Assembly (NCBI GenBank): GCA_037447605.1
Contig: CM074818.1
Span: forward strand, 1,252,617 to 1,316,616
Source of the DNA: Zygnema circumcarinatum SAG 698-1b
Lineage: Eukaryota; Plantae; Zygnematophyceae
DNA length: 64,000 nucleotides
Reading direction: 5' to 3'
Shown here: positions 13,896 to 25,687 of the stretch, piece after piece
How the letters are laid out: each line of letters opens with the position of its first letter
How positions within the stretch are numbered: position 1 is the first letter of the stretch
Position numbers and translations under genes: made by a program
The notes under the pieces: model-generated
The model's input: only the letters and a program-made list of their open reading frames with translations
What the model was told of the DNA's origin: nothing
The model's database searches: none

Positions 13896-14745
13896 GGGGG
13901 GTCAGACCTTGACCATCGCCAAACCAATAGGGGGAGTCAGACCTTGACCATCGCCAAACCAATTCCGCGAGCCCGTCGGGCCAATTCCGCGTTGTACGGC
14001 AGGCTTTTTCCGCCAAAAGTGGACGTTCGACAGGCTCGGGAGCCGAGCCTGTATCTTAATTTTGTAACCTATTTCGAAGTACGGACGGGAAAGACAGGTT
14101 CGGGGGGAGCCGCGGTTTCCGAGCCGAATTCTGCAATCGAAATCAATACCTTTTCGCAGAGGGAATCTTTGAATTCCGCAGGGAGAGTCAGACCTTGACC
14201 ATCGCTTACGAAATTCAAAGATTCCCTATACTAAGAGGTATCGATTTCGATTCCTGAATTCGTATCGGTAACCGCGGCTCCCCCGAACCTGTCTGTCCCG
14301 TCCGTACTACGAAAAGGGTTACGAAAAGGGCCCCAAATAGGGAGAGTCAGACCTTGACCATCGCCAAACCAATTTCGTAAGCCCGTCGGGTCTATTCCGC
14401 CTTGTACGGCAAGCCTTTTTCGCAAAAAGTGGCCGTTCCACAGGTTCGGGCGCCGCGAATTCAAGCGAGCAATTTCGTAACCTTTTGCATCTCCGGGCCA
14501 GGTTTGACTCCCCCCTTTTCGCCCCGCCGCGCTCCATCCGCCGCCCGCCGCCCGCCGCCCTCCGTTTTGTCGCCACGAGCGTCACCACCGCGCAAGCGGC
14601 GTCCCGCCGTGGCGCCTTGCGCCTGCCGCCTGCCCGCCTGCTCGCTCGCTGCGAGCTCAGATCAGCTCGGGTTTAGGGTTTAGGGTTGCTCCCTCGTCAC
14701 CGCCCGAGACATCCTTGCAGCGGAGCGAGCAGAGCGAGGAGAGTG
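13896..14745 (+). repeat. Left terminal region of the Harbinger-like element: four copies of GTCAGACCTTGACCATCGC, a duplicated ~140-bp unit, an internal hairpin and a TTTAGGG telo-box
   Basis: Core motif at 13901, 13936, 14187 and 14346. 13930-14070 is a direct repeat of 14340-14490. 14075-14175 and 14210-14310 are inverted copies. GGGTTTAGGGTTTAGGGTT lies at about 14668-14687. Confidence 0.85.
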
Positions 14746-16594
14746 AGCAGAGTGAGCAAAGAGACACTATCTAACGCAGGTTTTGCAAAAACTGCTTAAC
14801 ACTGCCAGTTTGGACCAAGTTCTGATACTTATCCTTGGCCTTTATTCTCGGGTCCAAGGACCCAAAACGTTTGATAAATTTTTCTCTGAATTTGTCTCAA
14901 TCATCCTTGATTTTATCTGAAAGGCCTTCATACATGCAGTATGCAACGCCTTTGAGTGAAAGTTAAGCAAAGCTTACCCACTCCAATAAAGAATAATTTA
15001 TCGTATGAAGGTAACCCTTAACTTGACCCAACCACTCCTCAATAGTACAATTGGTTGAAGGGTAATCACCCTAATAAGAGATCTGGGCTATGTTGGTCTA
15101 ATTCTTTTTTGTATCTTGGGTATGTTGCAAAAGGATAGTCCCAAACCTAAGAGCTCCTTTGCCACCAGCAATTGCCCCTTGTGGGGGTCTTGCCACTATT
15201 GGGTGGTTTGCCACCCTACAAGGGTGATTTCTCCTTGTTGACAAAACAAGGAGATTTGTTTTTTATCGACTATTCTTAACAGTCGGGTGGGAAATCAAAT
15301 TAAACAAAATAATGGGGTGGCAACCCTTACCCTAACCTTAGGATCTGCTGCACTACTTCCTCTATAGCCTGAAAGAAGGTGCGGGGCATACCTTCTTCAA
15401 AATTCTTGAGCTTGTTTAAAAAGCTCTTAAATTCCGTTTGAAGCGTGTTTACCAATTAACAGACAGTGAGATCTAGTTTGTCCATCCTATAAGCTTTAGT
15501 GGTAGTAATATTTACCATTGTAAAGATCTTTAACTTTAAAGCCTTAATCCATCCTTTGAGGATCCAAAAAGTGTTTACAGTAATAAAGGTTTTGTCTTCA
15601 CTCACCGTAAAGTTTGCGGGAACCTCTAGTGTCAGTTGCAACGGTTACTTGAAAGGAGGGGTAAGATCCAGCGGATAGTCTAGACTATATATGAGTAATA
15701 GTCTATGGTAATCCATTGGTGCAGAAGCTGTCCTTAGTGTTTCTCCATGGGGTCATTGTGCTAGACGGTTCATGGTGGTGGTGGGCTTAAAGGCCTTAGA
15801 TCTCACGCGTGTGGTCACCATGTCCCAAGGATGCCAAGAAAGCAAAAAAAAAACTTTTTAATTAGCTTTGGTATCAATGTAACACATGAGGAGTGATCCC
15901 TTTGAATGCGTGTGAAAAAGCGTTTAGGTAACACTCAATAAGCAAGAGTAAAAGAGTGCGCAGCCTTAAGTAAGGGTGTAATTAAAGGCTGGTACAATAA
16001 TTAGATGATAACATTTATTCATTGTTTATATATGTTTCCTTTGTCAAACCCTTTACTAGTATGGGGGACCAGAAGTAAGGTTGTCCCATGGCATGCTGGT
16101 ACATATCAACCTCTAACCCAAAGGATCAAGTGAGGACAACCTATACGAGCCTGTCGTAACTTGCAGGTTGTATTGCAACACAATATATAGTCAAATCCTG
16201 TGTGTAAAACATAAGGATTATTTGTCGGTCAATCCGTACTAACGATAACTTGTCACTCGTACGAATGGCCACTAAGTTCCAAAAGGGTGACCACTAGGCT
16301 TACGCAATGCAAAGGTTGACCAGATCGCTATTTAGACCAATTTGTCATCAAGTTGTAGCATTCATCATTAGTACGGCGAACCCACAAGGTTGTATTTATG
16401 GAAAGTTCAAATTAGGGACTATTTCAAGACTTCAAAGATCTTTGGTGCTTTTATCATCTAGCGACTATCGTAGGTGAGAGTATTTGGACGAAGTACGTCT
16501 TCAATACACCTCCTTGGGTGACTGTAGCGTTTTACTACATTGTTACTTTTCATCAATGTTATTTATATGTACCTTTGTTTTTATGGTGGTGTAG

Positions 16595-17300
16595 ATTATT
16601 AAAAGCCCTCCAAAAGTTGGCAAAGGTAAAAAAATTAAAGATATCGATAAATGTATTGGAAGCCATTTTACAAATCATGACATAGCAATAATTTTGTCAT
16701 ACATTGAAGATCCAGCCCATATACAAGATTTTATTGGGTTTTAAAAAACAAAGGTTGGAGGAAGTATAACTCTACCAAGAACAATTTTTTTGTTGAATCG
16801 TTAAATATATCAATGCTAAAATTAAAAATGTATTTAGGTTAGATGATAAAAAAATGAAGCACCGATGGGATTACCATAAATAAAAATTCAATGACTTATT
16901 AAGGACATATGAGCTGACTGGGGGCTGGTTTAGAAGGTGCAAATTATGATGAAGAAGCTTTAAATGTGAAAGAGCTTTTGATAAAACATGTAGTTATTAT
17001 GGGAGAATGTATGACTTATTAGTGCCATGTACCAACATGAGTCTAGGATATGTGATTGATTCTATGAGCCGAAAAAAGTTGAAGGCTTTGGAAATTGATC
17101 AGGTTATAAACAAAGAAGGCGAAGCATTTGGCATAGGTGATGCAATTGGGAAAAAAAAATAGTGAAGGAGGAAAAAAAAAGAATGGAAGGAAGAGAAGCC
17201 TTTGAGTGGGAGAGTTACAGAACTAAAAGCTTTGATAAAAAAAAGGAGAAAATAGGTGAAAATGGCATAGAAAAATAATTTGAGGAACTAATTTTTGAAA
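16595..17300 (+). pseudogene. Decayed Myb/SANT-like DNA-binding ORF of PIF/Harbinger type
   Basis: Manual translation across stops and frameshifts: FTNHDIAIILSYIEDPAHIQDFIGF*KTKVGG ... IVKYINAKIKNVFRLDDKKMKHRWDYHK*KF ... TGAGLEGANYDEEALNVKELL ... CSYYGRMYDLL. This has the RW..YK.KF / TG.G / C.YY.RM pattern of Harbinger-associated Myb/SANT proteins. Confidence 0.6.
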
Positions 17301-18149
17301 AGTTACCTTAAAGAGAAGAAACAATTTTGTTAAGAACAAAAAATGTTCCTGTTAAGCTAATGAGTGGGTGTGAAAGACCAAGAAAAGATCACACAGAAAA
17401 AAAACAGCCTGAAAGTGCTAATGCAGCAGCAAATGTTCCCCAATGTATTTAGAATTGCCAAAAAGATCCACAAAAAACTCCACCAAAATTAGGGCACATT
17501 CTCACAAGGTTTCTTTTTTTCCTTCTTTCCTTTCTTTTTTCCCTCCCTTTTTGTCTCTCAATCTTTCCCTCTTTTCCTCTCACCCTCCTCCCTCATTCCC
17601 TCCCTCCTTTTTTATCTCTCCTTCTCTCTCCTTCCCTCCCTCTCTTCTTTTAAGTTGTTTTTTTTGCTCAATTTAGAGCATTGAATGTACTTTTCCCATG
17701 AATGTACAGACAAAACACACATAATGGCTTTGTGTGGATTCTTTGGTGGAGGTGCAACGATAAAGATTAGAGTAAGAGAAGGAGCAATAAGAGCAAACTA
17801 AAGCAAAGCAAATCTAAGACCAAGAAAAAGAACAGAAATTATGACTCCAAAAAAATCAAAATAAAAGCAAAGTATAAGTTATTGAAGCAGTTTTAAGAAA
17901 CCCATCAATGTCAGAAGATAATATTGTTCGCTTATAGGATCGCTTAAAGTAGCATATAGGAGAACTCTAAAAAGAGTGTGCACAGAGAGAAGGAGAGAAA
18001 GAGGGAGGAAGAATTTGTGTCGAATCCCAAAGGACTAAAGATATTCAAAGAACTGAAAGGATTTATATTCTCCCTTATTATCCGTCTGGAATCCCTGAAT
18101 TTTCATATCAAATTGCCTTTATTCCTCTGTCTGCCAAGTATAAAAGGAA

Positions 18150-18660
18150 AGAAATGGCGGGTGGCAATCAATAGCAAATAAGACAGCCTGATTGAAAACG
18201 GCACATGGAGATTAGAAGAGCTGCCTTAAGGGAAGTGAGCAATCGACTGCAAGTGGGTCTTCAAAATGAAGAGGAAGGCAGACAAAAACGTGGATCGATA
18301 CAAAGCAAGATTAGTGGCAAAAGGATACAGTAGTATGGAGTCGATTACATGGAGACGTTTGCTCTTGTGGTAAAGTTTAATTCTTTGAGAGCTTTGATTT
18401 CCATTATAATGATTGAAAGAATGCACGTTCATTAGTTAGACATCAAGACGGCATTCTTGTATATAGATCTTATAGAGGAGATCTACATGGAGCAGTCAAA
18501 GGGGAAAATGGTCCGCAGAAAAGAACACTTGGTCTGTCGACAATTTGTATGGTTTGAAACAGGCGCCCAAAGTATGGTACAAAAAGACTGATGAGCTTTT
18601 AAGGAAAAATGACTTCGTTCGGTTTGGGATAGATCATTTTGTGTACCGTCGAAAAGAGGG
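18150..18660 (+). pseudogene. Degenerate Ty1/copia reverse-transcriptase fragment
   Basis: Reads WRVAINSK*DSLIENGTWRLEELP*GK*AIDCKWVFKMKRKADKNVDRYKARLVAKGY...VVKFNSLRALI...LDIKTAFLY, with many stops. Confidence 0.85.
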
Positions 18661-21479
18661 GAAGAGGGGGGCGGCATGACATGTCGCATTCGTTAAGGGC
18701 GCGCAACCTAACCTTGTACGGCGTAATTCGTCGTGTACGTACCTTGGAATCAGCTAGCGGCAATGAAAGGTCGTTGACTTTTTCCAATGTTGGCATGGCA
18801 TTTTGCTATTGGCTAGCCCTGTTCTCAGTCCCTTACGCTGGTAGAGGGTTCAACGGGGGGAACATATAAAGGGCGTAAAGCGTATGCAAGAGTATGGGAG
18901 ATGCAGCACTTGCATACATTCTAGAAACCAGCATTACATATTCAAGTGACTTAGTCTCCAGCAGGTTTTGGGCTCAATGCTCAAGGCTTGTTACACAATA
19001 TATGTATAGTATTTTGCTACATTCAGGGAATGAGTCCACATTGGCGCAAAGAACTTCGTTGATTTTTTACCTCAATTCCCAAAGAATTTTCGTGTCTTTG
19101 CTCCTCTCAAACCCAAATTGGGAAGTTACTATGCACCGAAGGACACAGTGACTGTTATAGTTAGACCCCCAGCAGATGTCCCCTTACTTGCCGTTGTAGA
19201 CATTTCAAATTGAGGAACATGCAAGGGAATAGAACATACACTGAGAACTTTTAGAGAAAGCTCTAAGCCTAAAACTCCATTAATAATAATAAGGATGATT
19301 ACAAAAAATGTGTCTAGCACTCAACCTCATACTATCCTCTAAACACACCCTCTAATCCCAAAGAACAAACTTAGCTACCCAAGCTCCCACCTCCTCTCCA
19401 GCTTTCACAAGGGTTGATTGCACACAGCAAATAGAAGAAGGTTAGACCTAAGCTAAACACTAAGCACTATTTATGCCTAAGCTTTAAAGGGAGCTGCAAC
19501 TCTTCATTCGGCCGCACTCCCACCGCTCCAATAATTTGCCTCCATGTCGGTCGCTCTTTGTTGGCCTCAACGCCTGCCCTAGCCCTTGTCCTCTGCTCGC
19601 TGGCTGCTTAGCTGGCCATGTCTACCGCTCGGTGAGCTCGAGAGCTCGCCATTCCTGCGTTGCTTCCTTCAATCCCTGCCTCCTGCCTCCATCCTCCAGC
19701 AAGCCTGTAACCCTAACCACCACGTGGCAGTCCCAAATTGGTTGCCTCGATTGGCGCTGCCAACCGGTGGCATCCCGTGCTACCCGCCAAACAATAAGCG
19801 TACTATTTAATTCACCTGACCGTACATTTGTACATATCGACCAAATCTTATAATATTGGTTGTACAGAGATCCATACACCGACAGTGACCATTGTTGGAA
19901 ACTAAAGCCTGGTCTCTCTCACTCACTGCACTCTCAGACATGCTTGTATTTCAGCAAACACACCCACCCCCAATGCACACACCGGAAGGAAAGAATGAAA
20001 GTTGGAAATGGAAACACCAAGAAGTGAAGTAAAGAAGAAAGCCCCCTTTGGCTCAAAACTCCTTAAAATAAATAGGAAAGGGTTACACAAAGAAACTCAA
20101 CCTGTAAGCGATTCTTAATGCTCAGCCCTACACACCTATCTACTGCTGCCCATACAGCAGACCTCTACACTCAGCACCGCGAGCAAAGGTGTAAGGTTCT
20201 AAGGGTAACTAACACTATGCACAAAGCAATCTAAATACTAGCCACTGAAGCACCTCCACGTTCCACCGCGTGCCACCGCGTGCCACCTCCATGTCGTCAA
20301 GGTCGCTCCGGGCCTTCTAGAGTTTGCTCCGCACCGCGTGGGAACTCAGCTCAAAAGGCCGCCATTGAGAGGGGAGTGTCCGTACCGAAACCCTCCTTCG
20401 AAAGCTCCTCCGTCGCTTCGAACCTTCTACGCTCTTTTACGCCTCCAATAATCCGTACTAAGCTAACTCATAGCCACGTGACTTATCATCGCGCGCCACG
20501 TGTCTACACATCACTTATCAAACTAAGCAGACTCCTTTGGTGGCGCGGCCTATTACCGCCCTCTACGTGTCTTATTTAAACCCGAACGTCTTCCTACTCA
20601 GAACAGCGCTCTAGCGCATTGTTTAGACTGTGATTGAATCTACCAAAGACTGCCAATACAAGCTAAGGACTGTAAAGTGTACTACGTTGTGTTGACAATT
20701 TGAGCCAGCTTCTTCTCATTAATCTCACTCTCTGACATGCTTGCAAGTCTGAATCAAGACAACCCTCAAGTGCACACACTGGAAAGCAGATGATTCAATC
20801 AATCAAACACTGAAAGAAAATGAGTAAGGAGAAAGCTCCACCAGCCTCAAAACTCCTTAATAAAGTATGAAGAGAAACAAACATTAAANNNNNNNNNNGC
20901 TACACAAGCTAGGGTTACAACTGAATTAAGTTAATAAAACCTAAACAAATTCTACTTAAATACTAAGTTGTGATAAACTCCACAATCTACCTCGAGCCAC
21001 CGCACGCCACCACACCGCGCACCTCCACGTTCTAGGCAGTGCTCTACGTCGCCTTGAGATCGCTTCCACCGCAAAGGGGTGCTCCGCTTGAAGGCCGCCA
21101 TGGTCGGAGGAGGAATGTCCATACAATCCCCTCGCTCCTTCGACCCTTCAAACCTTCGTGAACCTTCGAGACGCTTCTTTGATGTCTACGTGTCAGCACA
21201 GAAAACCGCAGCCAATCGTTGCGTGCCACGTAGAATAACTAAACCAATTCATCTGAAATATCTCTAAGTTGTCGCGGCCTATTGCCGCTCGCCACGTGTC
21301 CAAACTCGACTCGTGTCCAAACTCGACTCCTTACGTTCAGACTACCAGAACAAGACCTAGTGCCCTGTTCTCACTTGACTAGATCATCTAAGGACGACCG
21401 ACACGAGCTAAGGACCGTACGGTGTACTTTCTAGGCCTATGCCCCTATTGTACACTACATTCCCCTTCTCGATCCTAGC

Positions 21480-24400
21480 CGTGGAAAAGTCCTACGCTAA
21501 TTAAGATACTATTTCTCCAAACGGTCTCCCCATTTGTACCTTTGGTTAACATGTCAGCCGCTTGATCTTTTGTCCCCACAAATCCAATGGTCACAAGCCC
21601 ATCTTCAACCTGCTTCCGTACATAATGGTACTATAGATGAATATGCTTAGATCTTTTGTGGAATACGGGATTCTGGATCAACGTAATCGACAATTGGTTG
21701 TCAGTGAGGATCTTTACCGGGATTTGGGGTCGCTAGTACTCAGCAAAAAAGTTCTGGAGCCAGATTGCCTCCTTGCACGCGTGACATGCAGCGATGTACT
21801 CGGCCTCCGTACTGGACAACACAATTGTCGCCTGCAAATTGGAACTTCATGTGATAGCTCCTTCTGCATTGATGAATGCGTATCTCAAGGTTGACTTTGA
21901 CGTATCGATATCGCCTCCCCAATCCGAATCAGTATATCTGTACACTCGCGTCTCAACGCCACCAACAAAATTAATGCCGAATTTTGTCGTTGCCTTCACA
22001 TAACGGAAAATCCGTTTGACTGCCTCCCAATGTTCCGTACCTGGATTCTGCATGTACCTTGAAACCGTACTGATCGCTTTAGCCAAGTCTGGTCGAGTGC
22101 CAATTTGAAGGTACATCAAGCTACCAATGGCTGACCTGTACGAAACTCTCTCCATCTTCTTCTCTTCCTTTGTCTGAGGTGACATGTCATGGGAGAGGTG
22201 GATGGCTGGGTCCATGGGACTAGTAACTGGATGACAATCCTGCATGCTGAATTTTATTAGCACATCCTTTGCATACTTTTCTTGGCTAAGGAATAAATTC
22301 CCTTCATGCCCCCTCTTAAGCTGAATTCCTAGCAAATACTTGGCCTCTCCCAAGTCACTCATCTGAAAGTTTGTCTTTAGCAGCTCTTTCAGGCTCTGAA
22401 TGTTACTCATTGAAGAACTGATGATGATGAGGTCATCAACATAAATCCCTACATACATCAGTTCAGCTCCTTCTCCTTTCTTATAAACTAAGGGGTCAGT
22501 CTTAAATCGAATGAAGCCATTCTCTCTCAATATTCCGGCTGGTCCATGGAGATCTCATCTTCCAATGTACCATATAAAAATGCTGTCTTAATATCAAGTT
22601 GGTGCACATGCATCTTTTCAACCGTTGCAATGGAGATAAGGGATCTGAGGGAGTTGAATTTGACTACTGGAGCAAAGGTTTCAGTATAGTCTAACCCATA
22701 CTTCTGGCTGAATCCCTTTGCTACAAATCTAGCTTTGTATCTATCAATGCTCCCATCTAATTTTCTCTTCACTTTAAAGATCCACTTGCATCCTATCGCT
22801 TTCCTCCCCTTTGGCAACTCCACTAGCCGCCAAGTCTGATTTTCTTCAAGACTGCCTAGCTCACTTTGAATGGCAACTTCCCATTTTCCAGCATCTGCCC
22901 CCTCTAAAGCTTCTGAGAGGGTTTGAGGTTCATCGATACATGCCATCAATTCTTGAGCAACTCATGCAAAATCGGCCGAGTCATTCGGCATCCTCCTTTG
23001 TGGTCTTGATCTGCTCAGGTCATACTCCGAGGCATCATATCGAGTAGATTGCCGCCGATCACGCACTGCTTGCTGTTCAGCCACTGGGTTTAGAGGCACA
23101 TTGGAAGTTACAAGTTCAGAAGGTACCGTTTCAGCTGCCAATGGTTGGCCTTGTGATTCAGCAATGTCACCTAGTGACCGATTGCGTTGTGCCTCCAACT
23201 CTTCTCCAATGTTGAGTCTTTGAAAATCAATTTCTGCAAGCGATTCAGATGTCGTGACATCCCCACCTACATCGTCTCTGACTAGTTTAGAGGGTACTGA
23301 TGACGTGGCACCCTCTGGTGTATCTCCATCATTCACCTCATAACTTATGTCAAATGTAGCCCGTTGACCAATTTCAGATCCGAAATCCTTTCTGCTCTCC
23401 TCTGAAGAATTTACTGAATTCTCCTCCGCAGTGAGGTCCCTACTCCTCTCTACTTGTCTTGTACGTGGGTTCCACACACGGTAAGTTGGGTTGTCCTTGT
23501 TGTAGCCCAATAGATAGCCAGGGGTAGATCTGCTCTTAAATTTTGATCGTTGCTTGTGCTTTAAGACACTCATAAAACATCATGAGCCCCAAACTTTGAA
23601 GTATGCAACTGAGGGCTTCCTATCACTCCAAACTTCCTCTAGCACTTTCTCCTTAAGTACACTCGATGGGCACCTATTTCTGATGTAGGCAGCAGTCATT
23701 ACTGCCTCTCCCCAGAAAGAAAGTGGAAATGGGGATTCACTCAACATGCTTCTCGCTGTGTCCCTAAGGGTATGGTTTACCCTTTCAGTCGCTCCATTGC
23801 TTTGGGGAGAGTAAGGGGCAGCAAACTGATGTTTGATACCGTACTCCTCGAAGTGAGATTTGAACACGTTCGAAATGTATTCTCCTCTGTTGTCAGATCG
23901 TAATGTCTTCAGCTTCAGGCCGGATTCACGCTCCACCTCTGCTTGCCATTTCAAAAAAACATCAAAGGTCTCATCTTTGCTATCAAGCACCCTAACCCAA
24001 TTTTTTCTAGAATAATCATCTAGAAAAGTGATAAAGTACTTCGCCCCTCCTCTGCTTGTGGGAGTGATGGGTCCACACAAATCGGTGTGAACCAATTCGA
24101 GCCTCTCCTTGGCTTGACTCTCCTCTGAACTCCGATGGCTGAAAGGCTGTCAGTGAGCCTTTCCAGCAAGACAATCTTCACAAACTTCAGGTTCTCCTTC
24201 CTTCATTGTGATGTTGATGCCTCTTACAAGCCGCTTGCTCACAAGTTTCCTCAAATTTTGAAGGCCGAGATGTCCCATCCGACGATGCCAAAGTCTGGCA
24301 TTCTGGTTTTCAGCAATCATGTTCGCACGGAAATTCTGAATTCCGCCTCCATTCAGGAAGTATAGACCATTCCTTTCTGTACCCTTCAAAACGACCTTCC

Positions 24401-25493
24401 CGGTTAGTTTTTCAACTACCCTACATTCCTTTCCATCGAACCAAGAAACAAACCCCTTCTTCCCAAGCTGGCTTACTGAAACGAAGTTACTTTGAAGTCC
24501 GGGAGTGTGAAGGACTTCTCCCATGGTGACAATCAACTTCTTTCCTCCTTCGTGGGTTCTCAATTTGACTGATCCTCCTTGGGTGACTTGCACCCCTTCT
24601 CCAATTGCTGCATAAACAGATCTTAAAGCCTCCAAAATTTTTAGCTCTGCAAAGGAAGATCTGTCAAAGCACATGTGCTTGGATGCACCTGAGTCAATCA
24701 GCCATGAGAATTCAGACATCATGTCTTGAACTCCTCCCACGAATTCTCGCCTCTCATTTTTGCCGTGCGGCTCTGAACTCATCATCAGATTCGTCTCGCT
24801 GCCTTCGTCACGGCATGCAGAAGATTTGTGTCCTTTCTTGCCGCACTTGTAACATGATCCGGTGAAAGCGATCTTTGTCTTGATCGGATCTTCACTTGAG
24901 GGTTCTCCCTTCTTCTCGGGTCGCCCCTTGTTCCGATAGCAGTTCGTTGAGAGGTGCCCCAACTTGCCGCAAGTGAAGCACGTTGGGGTGGGCTGACCTC
25001 CTTGATCGCTCTTCCCCTTGTTCTTTCCTAATTGCTTAGCCTGGAACAAAAACACGCTTTTTACAGATCCTTTCTTGCCTTCTAACAACAGATCTGCCTC
25101 CCTAATTCTGCCCTTCACATGTTCCATAGACATAGGCAAACTAGTGAGGTGAGTCCTTAAAGACTCCACTGCCCTCTCATACTTGCTAGGCAATCCTATC
25201 AAAAAATGATGAATTTTACTAGGCAAGGTAATAGGTTGTTTGGCCACTATACACTTCTGCATAAGACTATCAAACTTAATCATATACTGTGTTAGTGTCT
25301 CCCCTTTCTCCATTTTGCAAGCTCCTAGTTCAGCATACAAATTCACTGGTAATCCACTTTCTGCGACTTCATAAACTGCCTATAAACTCTGCCACATATC
25401 AGCAGCACATTTAATATCTAGAAGCATAGTGGAAGGACCATTCCCTACAGTCATGGCGATGTACCTCGTGGTTTTCTTGTTTCTCTCATGCCA
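21480..25493 (-). pseudogene. gag-pol of copia A, broken by stops and frameshifts; the gag N-terminus lies at 35732-35975
   Basis: Two CX2CX4HX4C knuckles, protease WLIDSGASKHM, GAG-pre-integrase WHRRMGH...CEDCLAGK, integrase VHTDLCGP...LRSDNRGEY...NGATERVN, RT AIGCKWIFKVKRK...YKARFVAKG...YVDDLII, and an RNase H remnant. Confidence 0.92.
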
Positions 25494-25687
25494 CAAGTTG
25501 GTGAGATTGAGGGGTCAAAAACTGAGCCCCCTCTGGTCGTGTCTTCTCCCGTGTTGCTCTCGGCCATGATGACTACCGTGAGCCAAGCAAGAACTGAGAG
25601 ACAGAGTGTAAGAGAAAAGCCCACCGGCTGAAAACCTCTTCTTTATACAATGAAAGATACAACAGGCGCAGGCAGCANNNNNNNNNN

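Noticed and set aside
14800-16500. Possible Harbinger transposase or gag remnant
   Set aside because: No DDE_Tnp_4 motifs (IDGTH, GD.GY, ER.FG) or other convincing motifs were found by manual reading.
19500-19892. Cys-containing reading frame (..DGHCRCMDLC..) that continues across the ACCAT TSD into 36786-36900 on the minus strand
   Set aside because: It has multiple stops and no assignable family; probably an older decayed element.
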